Below, piece after piece: positions 1 to 10,537 of a DNA stretch of 20,000 bases. The position numbers and the translations under genes are program-made. How positions within the stretch are numbered: position 1 is the first letter of the stretch; every line of letters starts with the position of its first letter. Under the pieces are notes generated by a model. That model was not told where the DNA came from. It did no database searches and saw only the letters and a list, made by a program, of their open reading frames with translations. Source of the DNA: Seison nebaliae (Eukaryota); contig JALJEE010002231.1 of assembly GCA_023231475.1 (NCBI GenBank), positions 48,886 through 68,885 of the forward strand, read 5' to 3'.

Positions 1-143
1 ATATGGATAGATAAATAAGAGATGATCGACATACATCTCATCAACGGGAATTCATTTTCCTAAATACTTATGATTCTCTCCTCTAATCCAGTTAGAATTC
101 GATTATGAATATGACTTTCATAAGTCGTTAACATTCTTCTTCA

Positions 144-177
144 TACTTCTACTGCTACTACTACCACTACAACTACT
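144..177. repeat. Imperfect (ACT)n microsatellite
   Basis: tacttctactgctactactaccactacaactact, read directly. Confidence 0.7.
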
Positions 178-632
178 GACTTTCACCATCAGAACAAATC
201 AAAAGTTCGAATTCAATAAAAGCATTTGTTGTTAGTTAGTTGGACAGATAGGTAAATAACAGCGAAATACGTCTACATCTGGCGAATTGATAAGTGAATA
301 GAATGTAATTAATCACAAAGGAGTTTCTTTACGAATCTTTTATCATGTTAATTTGTTCGACGGGGAAGACGTATGAAAAAAAAGATTTTCTCATCCAATC
401 ATCTCATCTCTCACGAAATCGTTGCTGTAGCTCGTGTCTCGTCGTGCTTAAGAGAAGTGGAGATGGAAAGAATCATTCAAAAATCATTTACTTCTTACCA
501 TTATGTACGATAATTGCCATTTAACTAATGGAGTCGATTTATTTTTGTTATCTGAACAAAATCTGTTTTCTGATTTTGTTTATTACGAATTTGTTCGTTT
601 TTTATCTGTTCCCTCCCGCTCTCCGAGTGAGA

Positions 633-650
633 GATGATGATGATGATGAT
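633..650. repeat. (GAT)6 microsatellite
   Basis: Read directly. Confidence 0.85.
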
Positions 651-1072
651 TTGTGAGATGGTTTAGGAAGGAAAGTTGGTGGACAAGAAGTCAATAAGAA
701 TTTCTTTTTCAATTGAATTCCATTCAGCACTCTATTCCTCTCTTCACGTCGAATGGTGATGGTGACACGTTTTTCAATTTGGGAAGACAGCCAACCATAT
801 TTTACTACGGAAATGACAAGCATGCTCGTAGCAGCAATAGAGAAACACCGACAACTTTATTCAATCATTCGACATACATTTCGTTCTTAAATCTTATTTC
901 GCTTCAGTGAATTACATATATTGTGGAATTGGAGTGAGGGCGAATAGTTTAACCATTTTCATACGATTTCCAATTGTTTAAACGAAAAGAAAACTGAATA
1001 TATTCAATTAATTTGAACTTCATATTATTATTATTATTCGTCAGTTTCAACTCTCGATTTAGTCTTAGTCAG

Positions 1073-2596
1073 ATGGAGAATTTCGAGACACCACGTAGCA
1101 GAGAGTTACAGTTCTCCGACATACGCCACAAGTCGTATGATCAAGAATATTTTGACATCAACTTAATGCAAACAGTCGATTATAAGAGACAGATGCAATT
1201 GGAGCGTCTACTGCAGCGAACGAGAGTGTATCTATTGCAACTCATATCAACAGCTGAGCAGATGAAGATAGATTATGGGGAAACTGTTGAGGAGGATACT
1301 TATGATTCATTAAAAGATCGTTATGAACTACTCAAATCGACTTATTTCGATAGTTTGTCCAAAATTGTGCAGGGTGGTCAAACACGTTATCCCTCATTAC
1401 TTTACGAACATATCCAAACTCTCGTTTCCAATGATGAGTTGAAACGAGATATCAATATTCTTGAACGAACAGCAACGCCCAGACCAGGATGGAATCGTGT
1501 TGCTCCAATTCTCGGTTACTCTCCCGAAGAATGGAATCGGGAGAGTAATGGAAAGACATCGGAACAATTGAGACGTTTAGTCATGAACAGATATAGTGGT
1601 GGTGAATTCGATTTCTTTGACGGCGATCCCTCCCAATTACAACAAGAACAATCAGTCATTAAGGCTTTGGGAACGGATTCGGATATATTGCCTTGCTTGA
1701 GAACGGAAGGTCAATTCGTTCATCGTCATTTGAGTAAGGCGCAATTGATTCGCTACATTCACAGTATTATGAAAGCGAAAAAGCGATATAATCTCGCTCA
1801 TTGGTCTGCACTCACCGGCAGTTATGTACAACCGGCAGCTCTTAAAATATTCATTTTCGATCATTTCCTTCACATGTTCGGCAAAGAACAAGTTGCATTT
1901 GAAATCTGCTACAACATTTGGGAGGCGACAAATCGATATTTTCAAACACCGGTCGTCGATCTCTTTCGGAAGATGTTAGTGACGGATTTCGACGAAGAAA
2001 TCTATTTTCGTCCACGTGACGATCTGGCTCAATTACTCTATTTTCTCAACGAAGAAACTGGAAAAGACAAACGGATAAAAGATCAAGTGAAAATTTATGA
2101 TTTCTATTCCGCCCTCTACACCATGTATCCGACACGTGAACCAGCCAAATTGGTCGCTTTATGTAAGGCCGCATTAATTGTAAGTGATCGTCATTTGAGA
2201 CATCCTCAACAGGACATTGTTTACGTACCGGCATTGTTGGTGGACACAGCAGAGTTGGATTCAAATCGATTTTTGAAACGTTTCCGCGATGATCTTTATG
2301 AGGAACGTGAAATGATGGTGAATTATCTGATACATCAATTGTCATACGGATTTGAATTACGATGGGCAATTGTGAGTCAGACACTTGTCCAAATCGATCC
2401 TTACATCAGTACTCTTCAGTTGAATCGACTGCTCTGTAACATATTTCAGGTGAAGCAACCAAATGCGAAAGCTCGAGTATCACGAAGTGATTTCATAACT
2501 CGCATCCAATCATTAGCTCTATTTCGACATCATAAAGACAATGCGAAAACAGCAAGACAAAATGATGGTAGTACTTTAGGTGATTCGCGTGCATAG
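1073..2596 (+). CDS. TSNAXIP1: Translin-associated factor X-interacting protein 1-like; single open exon, first ATG at 1073 (507 aa); an upstream exon cannot be excluded
   Basis: Long uninterrupted ORF. Motifs TATPRPGW..EEW..GKTSEQL, ALGTDSDILPCLRTEG..LSK and FIFDHFLHMFG..AFEICYNIWE..DLFRKML..EEIY match, in order, the TSNAXIP1 blocks I recall (TPRPDW..GKNSDQL..GLG..P.FLRFDG..FL.HRFG..A..Y..ENVY). The ORF-track start at 1013 is a TTG that reads through an (ATT)n tract. Confidence 0.75.
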   Translation: MENFETPRSRELQFSDIRHKSYDQEYFDINLMQTVDYKRQMQLERLLQRTRVYLLQLISTAEQMKIDYGETVEEDTYDSLKDRYELLKSTYFDSLSKIVQGGQTRYPSLLYEHIQTLVSNDELKRDINILERTATPRPGWNRVAPILGYSPEEWNRESNGKTSEQLRRLVMNRYSGGEFDFFDGDPSQLQQEQSVIKALGTDSDILPCLRTEGQFVHRHLSKAQLIRYIHSIMKAKKRYNLAHWSALTGSYVQPAALKIFIFDHFLHMFGKEQVAFEICYNIWEATNRYFQTPVVDLFRKMLVTDFDEEIYFRPRDDLAQLLYFLNEETGKDKRIKDQVKIYDFYSALYTMYPTREPAKLVALCKAALIVSDRHLRHPQQDIVYVPALLVDTAELDSNRFLKRFRDDLYEEREMMVNYLIHQLSYGFELRWAIVSQTLVQIDPYISTLQLNRLLCNIFQVKQPNAKARVSRSDFITRIQSLALFRHHKDNAKTARQNDGSTLGDSRA

Positions 2597-3709
2597 GCAA
2601 GTAAATAAAGATTTTGATCCGTTACTAATGATCGTCTGATTGATGTCAATTTTCTATTATCTTCCCATCTTTCATTCCATCTTCTTTCTCCTCCTCATTT
2701 CTTTTCTGTCATGAAGAACACTTGAATATGTCTGTCTGAATGACATTCTCTTAATATCTTTCCTCCCTCCACACTCACTTTGATAATAGCTCAATCAAAT
2801 AAGCAAAATAGATAATCAGAAACAAGTAGGAGAATTGATAGAAGAAGATGGAGTGGAAATATTAGTCGAATAATATATCAGATGTATAAAAGAAGGAAAG
2901 GAGAAAGATCTCTCTAGAATAATTAGGAAGATAATCTCGACAATTTCTTTCGTTTATTTTCAACAACACATCGTTCTCATCAATTTCTATTTTCATTTCC
3001 ATCCAACAACCAACTCTTTATTGATCGATTGTTGTTGATTTTAAAATCGTCATCTTTCAATCACTAGAGGGCATTCTCGATTACAACTCACTTCATTTAA
3101 ATATTATGACACTTCATACTCCGTTTCCGTTTAAGCCATAGTAAAATTTTAATCATTTCATGTTAACGGATTTGTTTTTATTCCATTTCGATACCTGTTC
3201 TCTCACATACAAATGTAGATATGAGAGAGTGTCGACATTTGACGGATATAAAAGGAAAGATAGTTTCATACTTTTTAAGACTATTCATTAGTCTCACGAA
3301 TTCCCATCACTCTGCTAAATCAAGTGAAAAGGCGATTTATTCTCAAAAAAAGATTGAGTATTTCTCTAAAGAAAATTTCCTGATTCTCGTTTTTATAGCC
3401 AATGGGTGAGATAACTGTTCGTGTGGAACTTATCTGTTTCCTTTTCTTTCTTTCTTTTCTTTTTTGTTTTGTCGAAAATATTTTATGAAAACAACTTGTT
3501 CTCTTAAACGTTCAACATTCTCATAATGAACAAGGCGAATTGTTTCCCGTAAATCTAATTGTTGAACGATGTTGACAAACGAATTATCATTAGAAGAAGG
3601 ACAACACAATACTTACTTAAACATTCTCCTTCCTTATCCACATAGATTATCCATTTCTTCATCACCTTCGATTTTCTCAGTTAGGTCGAAATAGTTTCAA
3701 ATTAATAAG

Positions 3710-5491
3710 ATGTTGGAAGTGGATTGTCGAGAGAATTTATCGTTGAACGATCAATTTGATGAAGATACGTCACTTGATAAGAATGTTAATGGAAACGATA
3801 GTGGTCATGATGACGAAAAAGATGAATTATCATTCTCAATTAACCGAGTCCTCCAACAACCCATTTCACGAAAACGACGTTTAGAAGATGACCATCAACA
3901 ATCATCATCATCTTCCTCATCCTCCTTATTATCAACAAAAACGAACGATCTGGAAATGATTCCGAGTGAATCAATAAAAAATTTCTTTAACAACTTTTTC
4001 CATCTCTTCAATCAACTTCAACGACAACAGGAGCATGATCAGAATGAAATTGTCGAAACATCAAATCGTAAACGGAATTCTTCGTTTCTTATCGGAAGTC
4101 TCACCGAATCCTCTTCACTTCCCATCAAACAACGTCGAATCACTAATAATCTGATGGATATTTCGATTTCAAGTCATGATAAAATTGAAGATGATGTTAC
4201 CACGGTAACAACTACAACTACTACATCATCATCGTCTGAAGTGAATTCGTCGTATTCGGAACCGTTATTAAATTCGATTGATTCGGATGGAGAGCCTGTA
4301 CAACTGAAGGTGAATCCATGTAACAATGTCGTCACGTTATCGGATGAGAATGAGAATGGAATAAAAGTTCGTTTAGATTCACGTGAGTTGTGGATGCAAT
4401 TCTCGAAGATTGGAACGGAAATGGTCATCACTAAATCGGGAAGGTTTGAATATTCAACTTTCTTATTTATTTAAAATAGAAATTTTTTATCATTTTTAAT
4501 TATCAGACGAATGTTCCCGTCATTCAAAGTGAAAGTGAATAATCTTATTCCTGACAAGAAGTATGCTATGTTAATCGATATAGTTCCATCAGATAGTTGT
4601 CGATATAAATTCCATGGTTCTAAATGGATTGCGACAGGAAAGGCTGATCCAGAAATGTCAAAACGAATGTATATCCATCCCGATTCTCCTGCTACTGGTG
4701 CGCATTGGATGTCGAGATCTGTATCATTTCACAAATTGAAATTGACGAATAATATCAGTGACAAACATGGATTCGTTCGTCTATTTCTCTCATTTCTTCA
4801 TCTTAATTTCTTCTTTCCTTTCTTCAAGACAATTCTTAATTCTATGCATAAATATCAACCTCGATTCCATATCGTCCAAACTGACGACTTATCAAAATTG
4901 TCATGGATGACGTTGAATACATTCATCTTTCGCGAAACTGAATTTATTGCCGTGACAGCATATCAGAATGAAAAAGTTCTAATAATTTTAAATTTTTCTT
5001 CTGTAATTTTAATTAATTAATTCTCAATCTAATTGAATAGATAACCAAATTGAAGATTGATAATAATCCGTTTGCGAAAGGTTTCCGGCACAATGCTTCA
5101 GGTAAGCGAGAGAGGAAGTTAATTAGTTTTTTTTAAATTCAAATGGTCGATGGTGTAACGTTTTCCATTTTGTAGGAGGTTACTTTTGACTAAGAATGAA
5201 GAAGATGATACGTCAAACAATTTCCAATATAAGATGAATGAAATGTCAAATGAAACGAATAATGAGAAGACATTATTCGATTATATGCAATTGGCCTCAC
5301 TAACGAAGAAATTACGTGGACAAAATGAGCCAAATGAGAGTGGAATTCACATGGACACATCTCGTCCCACTTCAAATATTCTGAACAGAACCATCTTGGA
5401 GAATACGATGTTGTCAACGATAACGAATTTCCTTCAAAGGAAAATGGAGAATTCGTTGGCGTCGGAGAAGGTAATGGAGAATGAAGATTAG
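3710..5491 (+). CDS. Tbx2/3: T-box transcription factor, Tbx2/3 (optomotor-blind) class; join(3710..4443,4507..4774,4829..4975,5041..5117,5176..5491), 513 aa
   Basis: Four GT-AG introns (63, 54, 65, 58 bp) restore a complete T-box: [137 protein letters not shown] and [23 protein letters not shown] are characteristic of Tbx2/3. Confidence 0.95.
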
Positions 5492-5786
5492 AAGAAGATA
5501 AATGTTTCATATGATTTATTTATTGTTCGGATATGGATAACAATCAGAAAGAGAAATCTATTTAAGTTTTGCTTCATTTTATTAATTTATTTTACTTTTT
5601 GGTATGCACATTTTTAATAATAAAGTTCATTTTAAAACATTTAAATTTTCAAAATTGTATTCACTTGTTCTCACAAAGTTCGATGATTAGAATCCAAACA
5701 TGTTTTCAACAATAAGAGATAATGACGATAAGATGATATTCATTACGATTATCGCTTTGGAAGAATGCTTTGATTTGTAGTTGAGT

Positions 5787-6335
5787 TTATTTCAACTCTC
5801 CACAATCAGAAATTTTTACTTTACCTTTCGGTTTTCCTTCAGACGATCCAAATGTTTCTATCAGTTTCACCAATTCTTGACCTTTTGTTACTTCTCCAAA
5901 TACCACATGTTTCTCGTCCAGCCAATCGGTAGTGATCGTGGTTATGAAGAATTGAGATCCGTTCGTATTTGGACCGCTGTTTGCCATCGATAGTTGAAAC
6001 GGTTTCGTATGTTTCACATTGAAATTTTCATCAGGGAACTTTGTCCCATAAATACTCTTTCCACCAGTTCCATTATTTTTGGTGAAATCACCACCTTGCA
6101 GCATGAATTCGGGAATTATTCGGTGAAAGAACGAACCTTTATAGCCATATCCTTTTTCACCAGTGCAAAGTGCTCGGAAATTCTCAGCAGTTTTCGGAAC
6201 TACTTCGTTGAATAAGACGAATTCTATTCTTCCTTGACTTTTACCATCGATTTCTATGTCGAAGAAACATCTAAAAACAATGAAATTGTGGAAAGGAGAA
6301 ATGTTTGAGAATGGTAACCTTGAACGATCGGACAT
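5787..6335 (-). CDS. Cyclophilin-type peptidyl-prolyl cis-trans isomerase (CypA-like, single domain); complement(join(5787..6270,6319..6335)), 166 aa
   Basis: [61 protein letters not shown]; residues equivalent to CypA R55, F60, Q63, W121 and H126 are intact. Removing a 48-bp GTTACC..TTTAG intron (6271..6318) gives the typical start MSDRSRCFFDI. Confidence 0.95.
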   Translation of the reverse strand: MSDRSRLPFSNISPFHNFIVFRCFFDIEIDGKSQGRIEFVLFNEVVPKTAENFRALCTGEKGYGYKGSFFHRIIPEFMLQGGDFTKNNGTGGKSIYGTKFPDENFNVKHTKPFQLSMANSGPNTNGSQFFITTITTDWLDEKHVVFGEVTKGQELVKLIETFGSSEGKPKGKVKISDCGELK

Positions 6336-6787
6336 TTTTCAGAAGAATCTTTGTAAGAATGATGAAGGAGAGGGGAAGTAAATAATAAGTAAAAAAAAAG
6401 AAAAATATTATGAATGATAATTTCACTTATTGTTCTTTATATAGTACTTGGATATGAGATCGAGATGGAATCGAAGCGCAAAATAAACAATGTATATTTC
6501 ACCTTGACTTTTCACTAATTCTCTTTATGATCATTAACATTATGGATTTCATCAAACGAGACTTATGGATGCATGTGACTGAAAATTAGTTGAGTTCTAA
6601 TCATTATGGTACTTCAAAGGATGGATGTTTTATGGTTAGGTGTTAGAGAAGAAGAATAAAATGTAAATATATTAAAACTCATCTAATATAATTACCGGGC
6701 AATATAATATATTTTTGTAAATCACACAGATATAGAGAAAGCAGTTCCATCTAAATTATTTTTTCTAAATTTATTCTTCACGAGCAT

Positions 6788-9716
6788 TTATTGTATTTGG
6801 TCGGAAATATCCTTCCGTTTGACCTCACCAGTCTCATGATCAACAACTTCCAAAATAATCGGAGGCGATTTACTGCCCGAATATTGTGTAGTCATCGGTT
6901 GCATCGATGATGTAATTATGATCGATCGATTATCATCATTCTCCATATTCGTACTATGACCGGAGTATATTGATGATTGTGCATTGCTCTCTTCGTATTG
7001 TCGAACACTCGCCAAATATTGATCTTGTTGTTGTTGTTGCCTTTGCTTGCAATTCTCCAAGGTCATCTTTTGCAACTGTATTTGCAGTTCAGCATTTTTC
7101 CTTGCCATCTCTTCATTGATCTGCTGAGTTTTCTGTAAATATTCGTTGTTCTGTTGGAATTGTTGACGGATGTGATGTTGATCGACGGACGGAGGAACTG
7201 GTGAGGGTTGATTTGGTGGAATGTTCACCGTAATGTGAGGCTGAACAATAATCTGATGTGACGATAAATCCTGAGATGATGATTGAATGAAAAATGTGAA
7301 AAAAATTCTTTTTAAACTTTATCCGTTTTCTTCTCACTTTCCATCTTTTCACTTCTTTTCGTCATCTCTTCATTCACTACAGTCGTACCAATACTACTGA
7401 TTGGTGAACTACTAGAAAATTTGGGTGGCGAATCTCTCTTATTCTTCTCACTATTGTTCCTACTGCTACTACTACTGCTGCTGCTGCTACTACTTGATGA
7501 AGATGATTTTTCACGTATTTTTCTTTCTTCAGGTCCTATTGGGTGAAAATCGTCAAAATCATAACTGGTTTGTTCGGAGACTGCTGTAAATTCTGATTCC
7601 GTATGTTCCGAATGATATTTCGCATCAGCCGACAATCGGCTAGCCATCTCATTTATTCGTCTCACTTCCAAATCATTCGAGTCAGTTTCAGAAGTATCAA
7701 TTCGATATTTTTCACGATGATGTTTATTCCTGCTTTAAAAATTATAGAAAATATTTAATGAATTTCAAATAAAAATATTCTTTTCTTAAAGAAAATTCAG
7801 AAATTTTTTAGAAAAATTTCCAATTAAAAATTTAGAGGGATAAAAATCATTTTAAGTCTTTAACATCCCACAGCCTTGAATGACGACTTGACTCTTTGGT
7901 TTTCCATCATCCGTACCATATTTTTCAATCTCCTTTACAAGATTCATTCCGTTTGTTACTTCACCAAACACTACATGTTTGTCATCCAGCCAATCTGTTT
8001 TTACCGTTGTAATGAAGAACTGAGAGCCGTTTGTATTTGGACCACTATTTGCCATAGATAACTGGAATGGTTTCGTATGTTTTGTCTTAAAATTTTCATC
8101 TTCAAATTCTTCACCATAAATACTCTTCCCACCCGTCCCGTCATGATGAGTGAAATCACCACCTTGGATCATGAAATCGGGGATGATTCGATGGAAAGTA
8201 CATCCCTTAAAACCAAAACCTTTCTCTCCAGTACATAAACAACGGAAATTTTCCGCTGTCTTAGGCACAATGTCATCGTATAACTGAATATAAATAGTTC
8301 CAACATTCTTTTGATCGATGGCAATATGCAAATAACATCTTTTTTGTACAATTCAATCAATTTTAACAATTTAAAAAAATTTCCATTTTTTAAAAAAATG
8401 ACTTCAACTAAGGGAGAATAAGAAATCTAACTGAGTTCTTCGTTTACTATCCTCTTTCACATAACGAGGAGCACCTGGAGGTGGTGCGATATCATTTCCA
8501 TTTTCATCAACATAAACATATTCGGTGAAGACTTCCGGTTGTTTCTGCTGTCCTTCGAATTGATCAGGAGACATCATTTGATTTTGTGGTGGTAATTTTC
8601 TTCGATGATCTCTTCGATCTAAATTTGAAATAAATATTATTTTTATTTTCATCCAAAATTAAAACTTTCCATCATTGGAGGAGCTGTCGGTGGTGGGAAA
8701 GGTTGTGGTTCATTTCTTTGAATATATTCCTGTGGTGGTGGTTGCTGTTGTTGTTGGTGTTGGTGTCGATGATCATAGTGTGCTAATAAATATATTAATT
8801 TTATTTGTTTATTAAAAGGATAAATTATAATAATTGTGAAACCATTCGGCTGATAAATGTCACCTCCATATTGATCAATTGACATTTGTCGTGTAGGTTC
8901 GGGTGGTGGCGGTTGTCGATGTTTTCTATGTCGTCTTTTTTCTTTCATCTGCTGATTATATTCGTCGTAAATTACCGTTGAACCTGGTGGTAGACCATGT
9001 AAAGGATTTCTGATTTCTGGTGGTACTACACCTTGGATTGGTTGGAAATTTTGTGGAGGTGGACTTTTTGGAGGTGCGGGATATATGGATTGTGTAGGTG
9101 GTGGCATATTCATCGGTGGTGGTGATATAGCACGAGGTGGAACTGGTGCAAAATTAGAGGGCGGATTGATTGGTGGTTGGTTCATAGGAGGAGCTGGTGG
9201 GAAATGTTGCATTGGTGGCGGTGAAATGGCTCTGGGTCGTACTGGTTGAAATTGTGCTGTTGGTGGAGGTGAGATTACTCTGTGCATTGGTTGCATAACA
9301 GGAGGAGGAGAAATTATTCGACCCATTGGAGGTCCCAAATTCGGTAGCGGTTGAATCATTGGTGGTGGCGACATCGTTCGTTGCATTGATGGCTGTTGTG
9401 GCATTAATTGAACGGGCACAGGTGAAATTGGCGGTTGCATGTTCATTACTGGAGATAAAGCTCTGTTGTCGAATGTGGGTGAAACGATTTGTCTTTGTGG
9501 TGCCATTTGAGTTATGATTGGTGGTTGTTGATAATTTTGCATTTTTTGCATCGGATTATAATAACCCATTTGGTGTTGGGGTGGCTGCGGCGATACCATG
9601 TGTTGATGGTACGCATTCTGAATCTGACTCTGTTGTAATTGACAATAGGATTGTTGGGAAGAGTTTAGACAAACATTCGAATTCGTTGGAATACAATGTT
9701 GTTGATGAGGATGCAT
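6788..9716 (-). CDS. Putative multidomain cyclophilin (Pro/Gln-rich N-terminus + PPIase domain + Ser-rich and Gln-rich C-terminus); complement(join(6788..7270,7318..7732,7865..8338,8432..8618,8666..8782,8843..9716)), 849 aa
   Basis: Five GT-AG introns (60, 47, 93, 132, 47 bp), all with GTT donors, join five ORF-track fragments into one stop-free 2550-nt frame. Neither the cyclophilin exon nor the 7732 exon has an ATG at its 5' end. The junctions flanking the cyclophilin exon are inferred. Confidence 0.6.
7852..8338 (-). CDS. Second cyclophilin PPIase domain (exon of the model above; its own stop at 7852 is reached if the 7864 donor is not used)
   Basis: [61 protein letters not shown]. About 48 differences over ~160 aa (~70% identity, hand count) from the 5787..6335 copy. 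Its phase-2 acceptor lies at the same position as that copy's intron. Confidence 0.93.
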
Positions 9717-10537
9717 TATTCATAAAATGAAATAAGGAAAAAAATATAATGTCATAAAATACAAATTATCATGGAGGATATTGTCGATCAATAATCTGAC
9801 GTCATTCATTTTAATTTCAACATCATAATAATTTTGTATATAATCCTTTTTTATTCACTTTTTTCAATTTTTCTTCACATCCAATTATACGACACAAATC
9901 GACATCTTTCTAAAAGATGATTATAAAGTAAAACTCTCCAAATGATCTTTCTCATTATATAATCATTTTACATAATAAATTACTAATTATCCAATTATAT
10001 TTCAATTGACTATTTTCTTATTTGTCTTCTCCATCTTCGATTTGTTCCTAAATTTAATTTTTTCTAATCATCTAAATTATAATCATCTATTGAAACTACG
10101 ATTAAGAAATGTTCATATTATGCGAATAATATGAAAAATTCTGTTCTTCTCAATTTAGAATATAAATGTTTTGATAAATGGTTTAATTTCAAGATAAACC
10201 GATATGATTTCAACTGATTAAGAAGTGAAGTCAGAGAAATGAGAAACGATGATGAATGGGAAATGATGTTGGATTAAAATAAGAATGTAAATGGAAATTG
10301 ATTTGGGCGGTAATTTAACTTTATAAATAACGAATGATATTTTGAAAATAAAATTAATTAAAAATTTCCTCACCACATTTTAGTTAAGTATTGATTTAGA
10401 ATCGTTTAGTTTCTTCAAATTCTAATTTTTGATTAGAGATAACATAATGAAAGGTTTAAATCATCCTCTAACTAAACCATAAGAGTTCCATCCTAGTAAC
10501 TTCCATTTTCTTAATTATCTTCTTCTTAATTGAACGA

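Noticed and set aside
602..910. Short overlapping ORFs 602..823 (-) and 713..910 (+)
   Set aside because: Non-ATG starts, microsatellite content, and no recognisable homology or convincing splice path.
1013..1072. Signal-peptide-like MNFILLLLFVSF at the start of the 527-aa ORF
   Set aside because: It begins at TTG and the Leu run comes from an (ATT)n microsatellite; TSNAXIP1 is not a secreted protein.
1652..5510. ORFs 1652..1945, 2046..2384, 4174..4431, 5190..5510 (-) and 3221..3409 (+)
   Set aside because: Antisense to well-supported genes, or short and featureless.
5781..8061. Plus-strand ORFs 5781..5993, 5994..6215 and 7876..8061 that resemble each other
   Set aside because: Antisense shadows of the two cyclophilin copies; the similarity follows from the duplication.
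8339..8431. Independent ATG mini-exon for the second cyclophilin
   Set aside because: The only ATG in this interval reaches a stop after seven codons, and its possible donor is in the wrong phase.
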